Below, piece by piece: positions 1 through 15,100 of a stretch of DNA of 64,000 nucleotides (position 1 is its first letter; every line of letters starts with the position of its first letter). Under the pieces are notes generated by a model that saw only the letters and a list, made by a program, of their open reading frames with translations, searched no databases and was not told the DNA's origin. A program made the position numbers and the translations under genes. The DNA comes from Auanema rhodensis. Its lineage: Eukaryota > Animalia > Nematoda. Location of the stretch: NCBI GenBank assembly GCA_964057225.1, contig OZ059899.1, positions 13,144,001 to 13,208,000 on the forward strand. The letters run 5' to 3'.

Positions 1-263
1 GATTGTGAAACACAGCTACTTTTAGCTGATGGCACTGGCGATGAAGAACTACACATTACATCGAAAGATAGTTGTTTCGGAGCAGCTTGAAGACGAGGAG
101 CTCGTAGAATGCCTCTCGGAGTTGTATCTGCGGTTGTCGGAACTGACATAGTCATCAGATAGTGTTCGGGTGGATGATCCGGAGTTGTTGCAGCACTATG
201 ACTTGCGCTAGCGCCGGCTGATGCAGCCGCAGTAGAACCAGCCTCATGTCCTGTGGCAGTCAT
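1..263 (-). CDS. Probable alternative first coding exon of the large minus-strand gene; runs off the left edge
   Basis: Stop-free frame from ATG at 263 to the window edge: MTATGHEAGSTAAASAGASASHSAATTPDHPPEHYLMTMSVPTTADTTPRGILRAPRLQAAPKQLSFDV... GC-richer than flanks; in-frame stop just upstream of the ATG and a TTTCTTCAG acceptor ~50 nt upstream. Confidence 0.6.
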   Translation of the reverse strand, partial: MTATGHEAGSTAAASAGASASHSAATTPDHPPEHYLMTMSVPTTADTTPRGILRAPRLQAAPKQLSFDVMCSSSSPVPSAKSSCVSQ

Positions 264-1270
264 ACTTGTAGGCTAATGAGCAGAAGTTTGATTGGCAAGT
301 TCAAATAAAGTATGCTGAAGAAATTAATAATATTATAATAAACCTTCAGAGACAGAAAGAAGTTGATAGATTGATAGTAAGAAAGAGAGAGAGAGAGAGA
401 GAGAGATGGAGAGAGAGAGAGAGATAGAGGGAGGGAGAAAATTGTGAATAGAGAGGTATAAGGGTAAAAGAGAAAAATAAAAGGCATGTTGGGTACTAGG
501 TAGGATATGAAGCGAAGAGCATCAGTCTGGAAGATTGTGAGTACTAAGACGTGTTTTCCAGGAAATCAATAGACGTCAATCCAAGCATTTAGGTGTATAT
601 AATACATAGAGAGCTATAGAAAGTAGGGAAGATAGAAAGTAATATTGAATGAGAATACGTGAAACGTAAAAAACACCTTCAGAAGTTGATGAACACAAAC
701 CGTCAATGTGAATACATAGAGCATGCTAGCTAAAGACAAATGAGTTGTTTACACTCATAGACATAGTTAGTAGCAGTAGACAGGGAGAGAAAGAAAAAGA
801 GATGGAGAGAGAGAGAGAGAGAGATAGAAAGAGAGATATTGGAAAGAGAGAGGTTGGCGCATTTATAGACTATGCTCTCATACGGATAAAGCTTAAATAT
901 TTTTCATTTAGAAAGATTAGGTGATTTTGAATATATTCTATATTATCCATTTGTAACAAGAAAGAAGAGTTAAAATTCTTTAATCCTACCAAACTGATCG
1001 TTATGTTCTCTCTCTCCCCCCTCCCCCCTCTCTCTCTCTCCCTCTCTCGCTTTGTCTTCATTCTCTTAATTCATATCGCTTTGTTGATCTGTAAGATGCT
1101 AGATGTGCTCATATTCAACAGCCGGTTATCAAAGTGATTGTGAAGTTATTTTAACTTCAGTCATGTTACTTGATTGACTTAACATCTGCTTTTATTATTT
1201 TTAAGTTGCTGATGTACATTACTAGGTTATTCAAGTTCAACATGTTCAAAAGCGACATAATAGAATGGAG

Positions 1271-1307
<37 letters not shown>

Positions 1308-2008
1308 TTCTCTCTATAAGGTATGGGATGTATATATGTAATGCAGAGCTCTGTTATGAATATATATTTTTTTCCTGCTTGATACAAGAGTAATCGACAT
1401 AAACACACAAATAGATTGTGACAAAATGGCTTCCTAATCAACGAAGATGACTTTGAATTCATAAAGTCAGATTGCAGATGTGCATGAAGCTGCCAAAAAG
1501 AGAAAATGAAACTACATACATAATCTGTATGTGTGTATGTGTGTGTTTGAGTGTGTATGTGTGACCCGCATCTCATTCTTTAGAAGCTCTTTACGACGTG
1601 AATGGCTTCAGAAGTCATACATAAGCTTACAACTTCTTTTTCTATTTGAAGTTCTTCGTGAAACAAATAATCAAAAATCACTTTTAGATATTTGTAGTTT
1701 TGGTGGCAAATGTTCTTATGATATTCAATACCACATATCAACAAGATACGTGTATGTGTATGTATATCTGTAATATATGAGAATAAACTAGTCAAAGCTA
1801 ATAGAAGGATAGATAAGTGAGAAGGGAACGAACACCAAATACGAACTGAAATATCCAGGAAGACAAAGTAAATGAAATTTTTTTGGTTTTTATCTCATAA
1901 TAGAGAAGAATGAAGTAGATGATGACGACATTAATGCTCTTCATTCATACGTATACTGATTGGGATTTTGATGCGTTTTGAACACTGATAGTAAAAAATA
2001 ATATATGA

Positions 2009-2047
<39 letters not shown>

Positions 2048-2534
2048 AAAAGCATCATTGACCAAATTATTCCAATTTCAAGTCCACAGCTACACATATT
2101 TATTCTCGGAATTATAGATGTATATACATGTATGTACAAGCTGTGCAAAGGATTACTACTTCGAATTTCGTTTTACCGAAAAACTTCAAAACTTATCCTG
2201 AGCATTTCTTTGTTACATCATCAGCATTAGCATCATAAGCTTAATCATTGACATCATATGAGCTTAATTATAAGATTGCCATTTCAGCTTAAAGCTACAT
2301 GATTTTGAAATCTGAGGGTTATCGAGAGTTGATACATGATACAGAGAGAATTATGTAATAACATCATCATCATGCTTATCATGATAGTTAGTTATAGAAC
2401 ATAGTATAGTAAGATTAGAGAGAACATAGAAAATAGAAAAGAAGACAGAATGATGAACTCAATGTTGACAAGGTAATCGGAAAAAAAACTGATATTTTTA
2501 TTTTTTTCCAACTAAATGAAAGAAGACAAAAGAC

Positions 2535-2612
2535 TTGGGAACATGAGTCAACAACCTTAGAACATCCGGTCATAATGTTCACTGAGCTTGAAACAAAGTC
2601 AGTAAAGGACAT
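2535..2612 (-). CDS. Possible alternative first exon (MSFTDFVSSSVNIMTGCSKVVDSCSQ), phase 0
   Basis: ATG to a weak GTCTTT donor, 26 codons, same phase-0 end as the other alternative exons. Weak support only. Confidence 0.25.
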
Positions 2613-5600
2613 CCATCAAGTGGTCTTTATTCGGTTACCATTCCTTCGTTACTTTAACTTTTAAGTATTTTAGGACATAAAGCAAAAAAATATGGGTACA
2701 AGAACTAAAAAAAGAAAAAAGATTGCGCCGGATTGAAGGAGGAGAAGGTACAGTTGAAAGGGAGAAAGAGAGAGAGAGGGAAAGAGAGAGAGAGAGAGAA
2801 AGTGAAGGGGGGTGGGAAGGACGAAGGAGGAAGTGCTGGAGAGAAACTGAATATTTCAATGGGAAAAATGACGATTAATCGCGATTTCAAGTAAATGAAG
2901 AAGAAGAACATGGATTTTAAGCATTAATGCTTCTTTCGAATGAATATTTCTGTATCAAGTTAGTTCAATAGTAGAATAGCGAATATCCCAGACCTCCTAT
3001 TTCCATAATTAGAAACGATTAAAAAGCTTTCAATCTTCAATATGAGCATGTGAAAATTTGCTCCTCCCACTTTTGCTGAATTTTTGCGACTAAAAAAGAA
3101 AAAAAGAAACGCAAAGATAAGAGAGAAACAGAGAGAAACAGACATAGAGAAAAAGAGAGAGAGAGAGGGGAGAGCAACAAACCAACCGATCGTCAAGTCG
3201 TACTCATTCAAAATGAACTCGATGGTGAGCTTGATTCACGCACGTCGGTGGGGGGTGGGCCGATGGAAGGGTGAAAACTGACTGAATGCGAAGCAAACGG
3301 CAGATAAAGAAAATGGAGCACATTTTTCTATCAAATGAAAGATTTATTTGAAAGTTAATTCCAAGAGAGTGTGATAGAAAGAGAAGAGAGACGAAAATCC
3401 TTTGGAAACAGCAGCGACATATTCAAATCAGATAATGATGAAGTTAAAACTAATAAAACAATTGTGAAAGGTTGCTTGGATGATAATTCAATCAAAGGTA
3501 TTTCCTTGATTTCCGTGTTGGGATAGTGCGAGACCGGAAAGATTGTTCGTAATCATTTCTCTCTCTCTCTCTCTCTCTCTCTTTATCTCTTTATCTCTCT
3601 ATCTCTCTCTCTCTGTATCTTTTTCTCTCTCTGTCTGTCTGTCTTTGTCTTCTCATTATCCTGCTACTAGTATATGTATGTATAATATGTATGGATTCAA
3701 TAAGATATTTGGTTGTAAATATCGCTTTTCCAACCACCACGAGATATGTATGTGCTTTCATTTTTTGGTTTTACATGACACAAAAACTGAGAAAATAGAA
3801 AAAAATTAGGATAAAGAAGATTTTTTGTTGGTAAAGTTTTGTGAACAAATGAGTTTGTTGAGGCATCAGTAGTTACAATGTTCTGGAATGAAGGGTGTGT
3901 AGATCGGAGGGGGGGGGAAGGGGGGAGAAGACACAGAGCTCGAAGATGAATCATAAAATTACTTTTTGTGTCTGAAAAATAGTTTGGGTTTGATGTTTTA
4001 TTGAATAGAATTTATATTCCTACTCAAAAGAAATATAAAATACAGAACAATAGATCAATAAGCTATTTGAAGAGTTGAGGTCAAAGTTAAAGTTTCAACT
4101 TGAACTGATGAAATTAAAAGTTGGAGAATCGAAAATATAAGAGAATGAGAGGGAAAGAGAAATGAAAGTTTATCGAAAAGAAACATCAAAGAGAGCTACC
4201 ACAAGACTATATTCACTATTGGGATATATGGGAAAAGAAGAAGGAGGAAAAGGAGAAGCAGGAGAAACGAGAAGATTTGCTTGTGTCTACGATGAGAAGT
4301 TTGAGAATTATAGCAAAAGCTAACGCAATATACACAAATGTGAAAGCGTATTCAAATAGGTAAAGCTCTAAAGCTTGACCAATTCAACCGTCAAATTGAT
4401 TGGAAAGGCATTAGACTTATGGAGCTATGAGTCATCCTCACTTCACTGCTTCCAACAGATGTATTTTGAGGAAAATTGAATCTATTGAAGTCAAGGCTAG
4501 AATCATTCACCTCTCCACATAACTTCATAAACAAGGAATATGAAGTAAGTTTCAAGAAATAACATGAAAGAGAGCATAAGTATAAGTAATGAAATATGAA
4601 AATATAGTTAATCACATGTTACAAGCTTTTAAAGAGAAATAAAAGCTGAAAACTGTGATGATGATTGTTATGAAGAAACTTCAAAAAATCATCTTCATTT
4701 CAACTTGAACTATAATCTCATAAAGAAATTTGTAATAGTAATAAGCAATGACAATAATTGAAAAAAAAATGCTTCTCTTCATGAAAAACAGAAATTTATT
4801 GTTTTTGATATCTAGATATTGGTAGAGAGAATTGCTGTTGATGGTACTAGGAAAAGAGATATGTGATGATGGTGATGATCGTTAGAAAGCAAAGAATCAC
4901 AGACACACACACATATCTAGAGGATGAGGATGAGGATGAGACTGATGATGACGACAACGACGACGACAACGAAATGATGACTGGTGAGGTCAAGACAACG
5001 TCAACGCTCTGCCGATCTTATTCTCATTTCCCTTCTCTATCATTCTCTTTTATTCTCTTTCACAATTCTATGCTCTATGCTGTTCTGTTAGACGATACGT
5101 CGACCACTAACAAGCACGTTGTCGTTTGCCCATCTTGAGGTTTGCAGAGTTTGAAAATTAATCTAACCAAATAGAGAGCTAGTTTCATTTGACTACTAAA
5201 CATGAAAAAAACAGAAAAAATGTTAAAAAATCTCAAAAAATCCAAAATTCAAATAGTTTTCTTTCAAAAAAAATTATAAAATATTATTGATGAAGCTCAT
5301 TTAATAAGAAATATTTTCATTAATGAAGTAGACAGATAAGAATGAAAGTAATAGGAATGGGAAAGAATCTAGCAGAAAAACAACAGAATATCTCAAATGA
5401 AGTACAATAGTGTTTGTGAAGATGAAGTCATTGATGTTCAGAAGGTTCAACTATGGGAAGCTTTACCTGAAGACGGTGAGTGCTTCCTGATTTCAGTAGT
5501 TCTCCTGTTTCCATGACTGCAGTTCTAGCAATCTCTCTCTTTCTGTTTCTCTCTCTCTCTCACTCTCTCTTTTTCTATTAACTACTAATTTCTAATCTCT

Positions 5601-8600
5601 GAATCCCCTTCTTACCCTCTCTCTTTAGTCTGTATTCTTCCTATCCTATTCAGATCTCAAGAACATTTGACGTAAAGCATTCAGATGAGTATTAGATATC
5701 TCTCTTGTCACAAGTATTTTCTGATTAAAATGATATAATAATAATCTTAACTATATCTTAATTATATATAAAATATATAAATTAACTATATTATTATATA
5801 AATTTAACTTATATTTAACAAAATCAATATATACATATAGTATACAGTGAAAATAATTATAAATATATTTTATAATTCAATAAAATAGTTTTAAAATAAA
5901 TTTCTCTTTCTTTCTCTCTCTCTCTCTCTCTCTCTCTTAATTCTTTTTTATTTCTCTTACAAGAGTATTTGATTAATTGTTAGTCAGAAAGCAATAAAAT
6001 AAATGAAAAAGGACATCCCGTCATCTAATCTAATCGCTTTCGATGGATAGTCGATCTTACTAGCTAATTGGCCATCCAGCTTACATAGTATAGATAACCA
6101 ACCTTGAGATCATTTTGAAAATAATAAATTACAAGATGAATATGAAGAAAGTTACAACTTATGCTGAACTTTTTCTTTTTTTTTGTTTTGTTTCTATAAC
6201 ATTAGAATAACATTCTATCATTTGAAATAGAATTGATATTGTGAAGGAATAGAATTCAATTTTTTTGAAAATAAGATAAAGAAGGTTAAGGAAACTTCAT
6301 CATTTGTCTTTCGTTTCAACAAAATAGTGAAAGTTGTTCCTTGATAAACAAGTTGAAACATTTTTATTGTTGAAATGTGAAAATCAAACATTTCACGAAA
6401 GAAACTTCATCATCATCATTACTTTTTCTAATCACTGCCTTCACAAATTTAAACAAATAACAACAACAACAACAAGATTTTGAAATGATGTTGAAGCGAT
6501 GAAACTTGTGATTTTGATTTGTGAAATTAACTTTTAGCCTTTCTCTTTCTATCTAGCTCTCTCGTTTTCACACTCTATCTCTTTCTCTCCACGTTTCTGT
6601 CTCTCTTTCTTTTTTTCTCTCTCTCTCCCTCCATGTTTCTTTCTCCCTTTCTTTCGCTCGTGATTTTACCTTTGAAATAAAATAAATTTCAATAGAAATT
6701 ATAATATTAAATCATTTGTACTTTATTAATAGTAATAATAGTTATAGTTTATAGAAATAATATTTCTTTTTCAAAGCAATCAAATCAAATTTGCGAAACT
6801 AGCAACTAACTAACTAACATGCATTCAATGAAAGCCTTCTTTTCAAGATAGATCCGTGAGATTTGCCTCACATCTACACAAATATGCTCCACACCATATA
6901 CACATAGACACACGCATACAGAGAGATATACATAGACACACACACACACACAGTCACACACACACACATCTACGTCAAGAACATCGGAATGTTGAATCTG
7001 ATGCAGATGGGGTAGGGGGGGGGGGTGATGAGAAATAAGGGAAGAAGGTGTCAGATGACGTTCAGCTATCTTCCTCCTTTTCTACTTCTTCTTTTGCATT
7101 TGCTTTGTCTTTCTTTCTTCACTTATACAATTTAAAGACAGGAGATACAATCCGATGAGAGAAAATCAACGATACGTCTCTGGTTACTTGACTTCTAATT
7201 TCATTCTCCTGATTTTGGATAGAAGCAGGGCATCGATGTCGTTGTAGACTTCGTGTCCTTCATGATGATAATTTTCTGAAGGCTTGGTCTCCGTCCAACT
7301 GCTCTGGCTATTTGTCTATCTGGACATTCATTGATCAGAAGAGCTTTTTCCAATTAAATTTAGCTTTAGCTTATATGGAAGGGTGTGAGTGTAAAGATGG
7401 TAAATTAGAGACGGAAGAAAAGCTCAAAATTCGAGAAGATGAGCAGAAGATCAGATAAGACATAGTGAGTTTGGATATAGAAATGAAGTAATTAGTTTTG
7501 AAAAACGTATTCTGATACTTAAATTTAGCAAATGTCTAAAGCTGAAAGCGTAAAATGAAAAGAAAAATGTTCTGTTACAGTCATTTTGGAGTTCAAATGA
7601 GAACAATTGAAAATCATTCATCGGCACTTCGTCCGTTAAACCATATATATCGAATTGAAATTTAAAAAGAAAAAACCTTAATTGGAAGATGTCGAGGAAT
7701 TCTAATTTCTGGTAATTCATTTGGAGCAAGAACAAGAAAAATTCATTCAACACATTCACACATTCTCATCCACTGACGATGAGGCATGCCATCATACACA
7801 CTCACTCGCTCACACACACACACACACACATACACACAGAGCATCAAGGTCAAACGAGAAAACGAAAAGTATGAATTGAATTTATAGTAAATTCTCCGAG
7901 AATCTAAGAGTATTTAGGAAAGAAATCAAAAGAGACTAAGAAGAGTATCGATGAGAGGTCATTGATCTCTCTTTCAAATGTGAAATGGAATGTCATTAGT
8001 ATATTCAATGATTAAAGGAATTAAGGATCAACTGATTGTTCTTCTTGGTGGTAATGACGAAAAATAATTATGATATCGATGATGATGAAGAGAAACAACA
8101 TGTGTATGTATACACGTTAACAAGGAATACAAAGTACGAGAGTAGGGGAGGTGGGTGGGAACATAAAGAGAGAGAGAGAGAGGAAGAGAGAGAAAGAAGG
8201 GGGATAGAGAGTAATGATGAGGAAATAAATTTCGTAGATAAATATACATTTCTTAAAGAGTAATATTAAGCCATCTCTGACATCTTTGACTAGGAAGTAT
8301 GCTTGTAGACTCAATAGCAACACAGCTAAGCTGATTAATCTTCAGACTATCTCTCAGTTAATACCTAATTATATGCATACAATATAATCTTTATAGATGT
8401 TTACACGAATATAATTTTTAATTTGTAAATCCCGTCTGATATCAAGTTTTGAAAAAGTTTTTAAGAACTTAATCCGCATTGTTGACTATGAAACAACAGA
8501 AAAATTGAACTGATAGTGAACTGGTCTTGATCTCATTTCAAGTTACTTTGCTAGCTAGCTTATACGTAAATATATCTTTTTTTTCCAAAATTATTAAATA

Positions 8601-8835
8601 TCTTGACAGATTTCTTGTGAATATTTGAATTTTTTTAATGAAAACGATAGAAGATCGTACCGTTGTCTGGATTCAGAACGTCACACTGAGTACCACTACG
8701 AGTTAATTGTCCTTCTAAGCTTGTTACACAATGCATTTTACGAAGTGATCCTACTCGTGATAAATGAGTTGATGAATGAGAAGACTTAAATAATAATAAT
8801 AATTATACTAATTATAAGAAAAATGTATAATTTAC

Positions 8836-9654
8836 CTTTGGATGAACTGTTGGATTGCCGGTTAGAAATGGTCTGATTGATCCTGTGCCCAAACCATTCA
8901 TACGCATCCAGTTCATTGAGATCTAAAACATGCGTGGATGAATAGGAGATTCATAATAATTTTGATGAAATGAAAAAGAACTAAGAACCTGTGCAACATC
9001 TTGATTTGAATTTGAATCAAATGATGATTGAGGTGATCTACCACCAAGTGGTTGGCTTCGTCCAGTTGTATAACCTGCAGAAGAAAGTAATGTAAGATGT
9101 ATCTTTCTTTTTACTCTCTATCATAACTTTATTCTATTATTTTCTTTTTTTTCTTTCTATTTTTATAGTTTGGCATAAAACAGTTTTCACTTCCTCATAG
9201 TTTTTTTCAGTAGTTAGCAACATTTCAAGCTTGATTTCATTTCAACTTTCAGCTTTTTTGAGCATTTTCATCAAATCAAAAAACTTTTTTTTTGGCATAT
9301 TTTCTCTATGAAGTAACATGAAAACACATGTAGAGACGACATAGTCGTTAGGATGGACCTACCAGCTGAATTGCATCCAGAACCACCAGCAGAAGCGAAG
9401 GGTCCTCCACGAGCTACTGCTGCTGATCCGCTACTGATTCCTGCTCGTCGTTTCCGTTGTTGTCGAAACTGTAAAAAGATTCAATAACTTGCAATTCATG
9501 TATTTGCAATTTGAGATGGTATCTTGATATTGTACGGTGAAATTGTCTTTTTCTTTTCTTTTTTTTATGAAAAAATGCGATTTTCGTTGATTTTGCTTAC
9601 GGATGTTCCTTCATCGAGACTATACATGTGTTGAAGCATAGGTGAAGCTGTCAT
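8836..9654 (-). CDS. kcnl-1: Four spliced N-terminal exons of a large gene, tentatively a small-conductance Ca2+-activated K+ channel (SK/KCNL type)
   Basis: Exons 9654-9601, 9468-9363, 9074-8989 and 8922-8836 have GT-AG boundaries and matching phases (0,1,0,0). They give MTASPMLQHMYSLDEGTS-FRQQRKRRAG...GRSPQSSFDSNSNQDVAQ-ISMNWMRMNGLGTGSIRPFLTGNPTVHPK. The exon structure is well supported. The family call rests only on recalled similarity of RSPQSSFDS/ISMNWMR/PTVHPK to the nematode KCNL-1 pre-S1 region; no channel domain is in the window. Confidence 0.6.
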
Positions 9655-9731
9655 TATAGCAGAAATGAATCAGAAGTTCATATACAACTCAACTGCAGAT
9701 ATTTGTTATGTTTGTTTCAAAAAATAGAGAG

Positions 9732-9786
<55 letters not shown>

Positions 9787-10552
9787 AATTCAGTAAAGTA
9801 AAGGGAGACAAACAATCATACAGTTAGAGAAAGAGAGCGAATAATCTGAAAAGAGAATGTGAGAGTAAATTTAATAAAGAGAGAAATAAACAAGGAATGA
9901 ATTTTGATTTTGAAAAATATAAAAAAAAAGGAATAAATTACATTAAAAATAGTATAAATAATACATAAGATATATAAAAAAGATGAAATTATGCGATAGT
10001 ATTTGGGAAATGTGCCAAAACAGTTGAAAGAACAACAGCATATGTTTGTACTCATGTGGATGTTGTGTACAAGCTATACTATATCATTAACCGAAATGAT
10101 CATCGCCCACACTAAGTTGAACTTATTTTCTAGACTATTCGTTAACTTTCTAGGCTTCTTGAAGTTGCAACTTCATCCTGTTCTTCGACTTTTGTTCCAT
10201 TTTAAACTTTTCTTTCACTTCTTCTTCATTGTTCTTTTGCATAAAAATATTATGAGTTTTGAAATAAAACCTTTTGAAATAGAAAAAAGAAAGTTAGCAG
10301 AAAAAAAATCAGAAAAAGAAGAAGAAGCTTACATCATCATCATCATCATCATTGCCATTATGTGCATATATGTGCTCAATAGTTAAGCTGTAGAGAAACA
10401 ATAATGACATTTTATTTGAAATTTTTTCTGCACTTGGACAATATACAAACTGGATATGGGAAATAAAAATAGATAGAGACTTCTTAAGCTTTCTTAGAAA
10501 GAGAGAGAGAGAGAGAAACTTTTCAAGATTTCTTGGAAAGAGAGGGAAAGAA

Positions 10553-10564
10553 AGAGAGAGAGAA

Positions 10565-10644
<80 letters not shown>
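10553..10644 (+). repeat. Imperfect (AG)n microsatellite
   Basis: Directly visible; one of roughly 70 AG/CT tracts between 0.4 and 54 kb (by-eye count). Confidence 0.9.
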
Positions 10645-10645
<1 letters not shown>

Positions 10646-11639
10646 CTTCTCAAGGTTTCTTTTGCAACATTAACAGCAGCCTCATCCTTCTCATTCACAC
10701 ATCATTATTTAGAGCTTGAGCAGCATCATGAGTAAGATCAGAATGAATGATGAATAATGAAAAATAAGAGAAAACAAGTCAAAAGACGTTACAACATATA
10801 CATGAATGTCGATGATCTATCTATGTTAATATTTATATATTTCTGCATATTATTACCTAATATTATATTTTTGTTTTGTTATTATTGATTAGTTATTATT
10901 TATTGTTTATTTGTTGTTTTTCATATCAAAATTGATATTTATGAATGAAAAATAAATAAACAAATACGTAAATTTTCGTTTTTCTTTCTTCATTTTCTTC
11001 ATATTTATCATCATCTTTTAATGAGTTCATCATCTATTACATACAGACCGTGGTGAATGAAATAATGAAATATGAAAAAAGATTTTCTTTCTTTTTTTTC
11101 AGCAAAACGTAGCATGTGAAGAGAGCAGAAAGTGCCTCAAAATCTCAAAAAATTCGTTAAAATGTTCGAAAATAATTATGACAATGACAAGCCGCTTCAA
11201 TGCGTTTCAGAAAAGCAACCAAATGAGACAAAAACATTTCATAGAGGAATTTTGGCGGTTACGATCTGTTTCTGGGAGAGATAGAGAGTTATATAGAGAG
11301 AAGGTAAGATAAAGAGGGAAAGAGAGGGAGAAAAAGTTATGTAAAAGCTTCGATATACAAAAAGCTCAATAACTCTGTCTCTCTCCCTCTCTCTCCCTAT
11401 CTCCCTCTCTCGCTATCTTTTATAGTTTTTTTCGATCTTTGTTATTACCTCGATATGTTATAGATTCAAAGTATCTATCAAATAATATTTTTATTTATAG
11501 TAAAATAATACTATGTCTTGTCTAAAACTATGACTTTATCTTTATTTTTGTTCATTTCGTAAATGAAATGAAATATTATTTACAGGTTGTAGATAGTAAG
11601 AGAAGAGATATACAAGTAAGTGAAAGATAGATAGAAGCA

Positions 11640-11682
<43 letters not shown>

Positions 11683-12102
11683 TTGTAAGCGGGAAGTAGA
11701 ATGAAGTAAAGTTTTTAAAAGTATTCTAAGAAAATACTCCAATAATTACGTTAACGTCGTTACGTGAGTAATGCTGTAATGAAGCAAAGACGCATTTTCA
11801 TTTTAACTTCATGAATTGAATAAAGCGGTTGCATTCATATATACTTCAAATAAAAAAATATAATTAATATAAATTAGGATGTTTATAAAGGAATAATATG
11901 TAAAGATTTGTACTAGAAACAAGGAACTATACTATGAAACCACTCTATCAGAATAATTTTAGGTAAATGCTCATATATTTGACAAGTATCATTGCGTTTT
12001 GGTATGAAACATGTAGATTTTGATATAGATATATGTACATACAACATGTAACTTAGGGTGGGAGGGTTAGAAAAAAAGGAAGAAAGAATAAAAGAGAAAG
12101 AA

Positions 12103-12163
<61 letters not shown>

Positions 12164-15100
12164 ACAGTGACAAGTGACAAAGGCAAAACGGATGCTCTGA
12201 TATGAATAGCAGTTAGGAAAAAAAAGAATAAATACACAGATACATGTATAAGAAATAGAAGAAGTAGATGTTTTGGTTGTCAAAACATTGCTATCCCACT
12301 TCGATAAAATGTGAATAAAGCTTGATGAAAAGAACCTAACTATATTAACTATATAGTTTATCAGTATATATATATGTAAAATATTTATATTTTGATATAA
12401 ACATAGATATCTACATACATACATGTATGGAGATATATACATATATCTTAGATGATACATGATAAAGCATGGATGAACAAGATGAAGTAGAATACAGAGA
12501 GTGAAAGCGGAAAGAAGAAAGGAAAGTTTAATATGCGTATAGTTAGAATCAATTCCATAATTCTAAGCTCAATAACTATATGATATATAGCTTTTAGTCT
12601 ACCTGTCCATACATGTATAAACTGAGAAAAGAGAGAAAAGACTATAGATATGCGATTTTTTCAGATTAACTTCTAATTTCGACAAGTTGTCTAAGTTATG
12701 AGGTAAAATTAAAAAAAACCCCGAATACTATATACATATAGTTAGACATATATACATATGTAATATTCTTTTTTTTTGATGAAAAGAATGTATTTTGACA
12801 TATATAGTATGTACATATACATGTATAAACTATATAGTTACTGCATAATGAAATATTTCCAAGATTGGATAAGGAATATAAGGAGAAACATAAAGAATAA
12901 CATGCAGATGCAGATTTGTATTTTGATTTTTGGTATAATAGTTATAATAAAACATCTGTTAGCAAGTTAATATTATAATGAAACTTTGAGCTTCTTAAAC
13001 ATTTCTTTTTCTTCTTCCGCCTTTTTTTTAATTCAAAATTGTAGTTTAATTTACATAAATAAATGAAAAATCATATGAGGAGGTGGTGGTGGTGTCAGAA
13101 GAAGCGGTGAGGTTTAAGAGTTACAACTCTAGATTGAGGTAAGTGACATTTTTAAATAACAAATTCAATATAATATATATATATATATATAAATTGCAAT
13201 AAAAATAGCTTATGAACTCTATTATGCTATTAATATTATTTCTTTAAATATAATATATCCTTAAAATTAAAAAAAAAATATATATATATACATATATATT
13301 GGATGAAATGAAGTAATATGCCATTGTCAGCATGGTTAATATTAGGAGGGATAGAGAGGAATAGAGAGAGAGAGAGAGAGTGAGAGAGAGAGACAGACTT
13401 CTCCCTATTGAGGTAGATTAATTATGAATTTTAATAATTGAATGATTAACTGAATATGTACATATGGAAGCCTAGGTAAAGCAATATTTTGTTGTTTTTT
13501 TTCAAAGAAAAGTCGTTGAATCAGAAAAAAAATGGAAGGATGTCGACGAGGACGTGAGAATTGGGTAAAAACGGGCGAATGACTAGGAAAAGGAAGACAA
13601 CGATGAAGAGGTCATCCAGAATTCTTTATGAATTCAGCGAAATAGGAAGTTCAAAGAAGCGAACATCAACAGGACGTTGTCGTGTAGAGAAGCACACAAT
13701 CGTTGTCATGTGTGTTACCTCCGAGAACGTCGAAAAATGTTGAGAAATTAGAAGAAAAATGGTAATTGCGGAATTCCGTAGAGACAAACTCAAAGATGAG
13801 GGTGAATGAGCAGAAAAAAAGAAAGGAATGAAGGGAGAGAAAGGCAGTAAGTTGATTGGCAGCCTAAGTGGCAGCAGGAACTTCTGATATCTGCAGATTC
13901 TTGTGTCTTGGCTGATAAAGCTGATTTCGATCTTCTGCCTATTATCTAGTAATGATGTTCCTGAAGCAAGAAGCTGGCAGAGAAACAAAAATCACTTGGA
14001 AGAGATGATAGAGGTGAAGAGAAACGTTTTTGAGTCGTTTGAGCGGAAATTTCTTCAAATCTATGAAGGAAGACATAAAGCTAAATATAATATAAGATTG
14101 TAACATAAAAATTAAAAAAAAATGGATAATGAATAGACTAAGCAACTAAAATAAAATATTTAGTTTTAATTCTTTATACTATATGTAATAGTTATAAAGC
14201 TATATAGTATTATAAGCATATATGAATAGTTAGATTATATGAGAAAAAAAAATTATTATATATAGAATGGATGAATGTGATCGTAATCAATGTTAACAAC
14301 AAAAAAAAAATTTTTTTTCTTTAAAATACAAAAAATGAATAAATACGAGACAATAAGGTTGTTTTTTAGTTTTTCATCTATCTAACTGTAGTAATAGAGA
14401 GAGAGAGGGAGGGGGGGAGAGAAAGAGAGAGAGAGAGAGAGGGAGAGAGAGAGAGAGAAGAAGAGAGTAAGCTCGAATATGCATATAGTATATATACTCT
14501 ATATTAGACTATATATACTATATAGTATAGCATAGTATAGTATAGTATAGGATGTAGTAAAGTCATTTATAACCCATAAGGGCATATTGTTTATATCGGA
14601 AGATTATAATACAATTGCTGAATGTTTAACTTCTTCTCATTTATGCATTGAAATAATAAGATATTTTTCATAACATAAGATAAAAAAAAGAAAAAGAGAG
14701 AGAGATATAGAGAGAGAGAGAAAGAGAGAGAGAGAAAGAGAGAAAACAGTTAAACTATTCAAGTACTGACACATGTCGTTGACGAACAGTTGGAAATGAC
14801 GTAGAAGTTCACGTACATGTCCACGTCAAACTCATTTATGCTGTTTATTTGCTAGACGAACGGTTGAATATCTACATACATGTATATATGTATGTAGATA
14901 TTTAAAGCTGCGAATGATAGGAAGAGAGGAAGTGAGTAAGATGAAGCAGTAAAAAAGGAGGAAAAACATAAAAAAATGCAGAAAAATCATGAATATACGT
15001 ATGTTATGTTATATGTAGATGATCATATCTTATGAACAATCTATGATTTTTCATTTCAATCATTGAATATGCATAAGGATTCATGGATGTTGATACTGAT

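Noticed and set aside
5397-5476. ATG-to-GTGAGT exon-like segment on + (MKYNSVCEDEV...)
   Set aside because: The nearest good acceptor gives a stop within five codons; no continuing gene model.
7185-7330. Moderately GC-rich minus-strand stretch with two partly open frames
   Set aside because: No consistent start, acceptor and donor combination in phase with neighbouring exons.
13903-14103. Plus-strand ORF resembling a neuropeptide precursor (hydrophobic start, KR/RK sites)
   Set aside because: No ATG or partner exon found, no repeated peptide motif; dibasic sites are common in purine-rich sequence.
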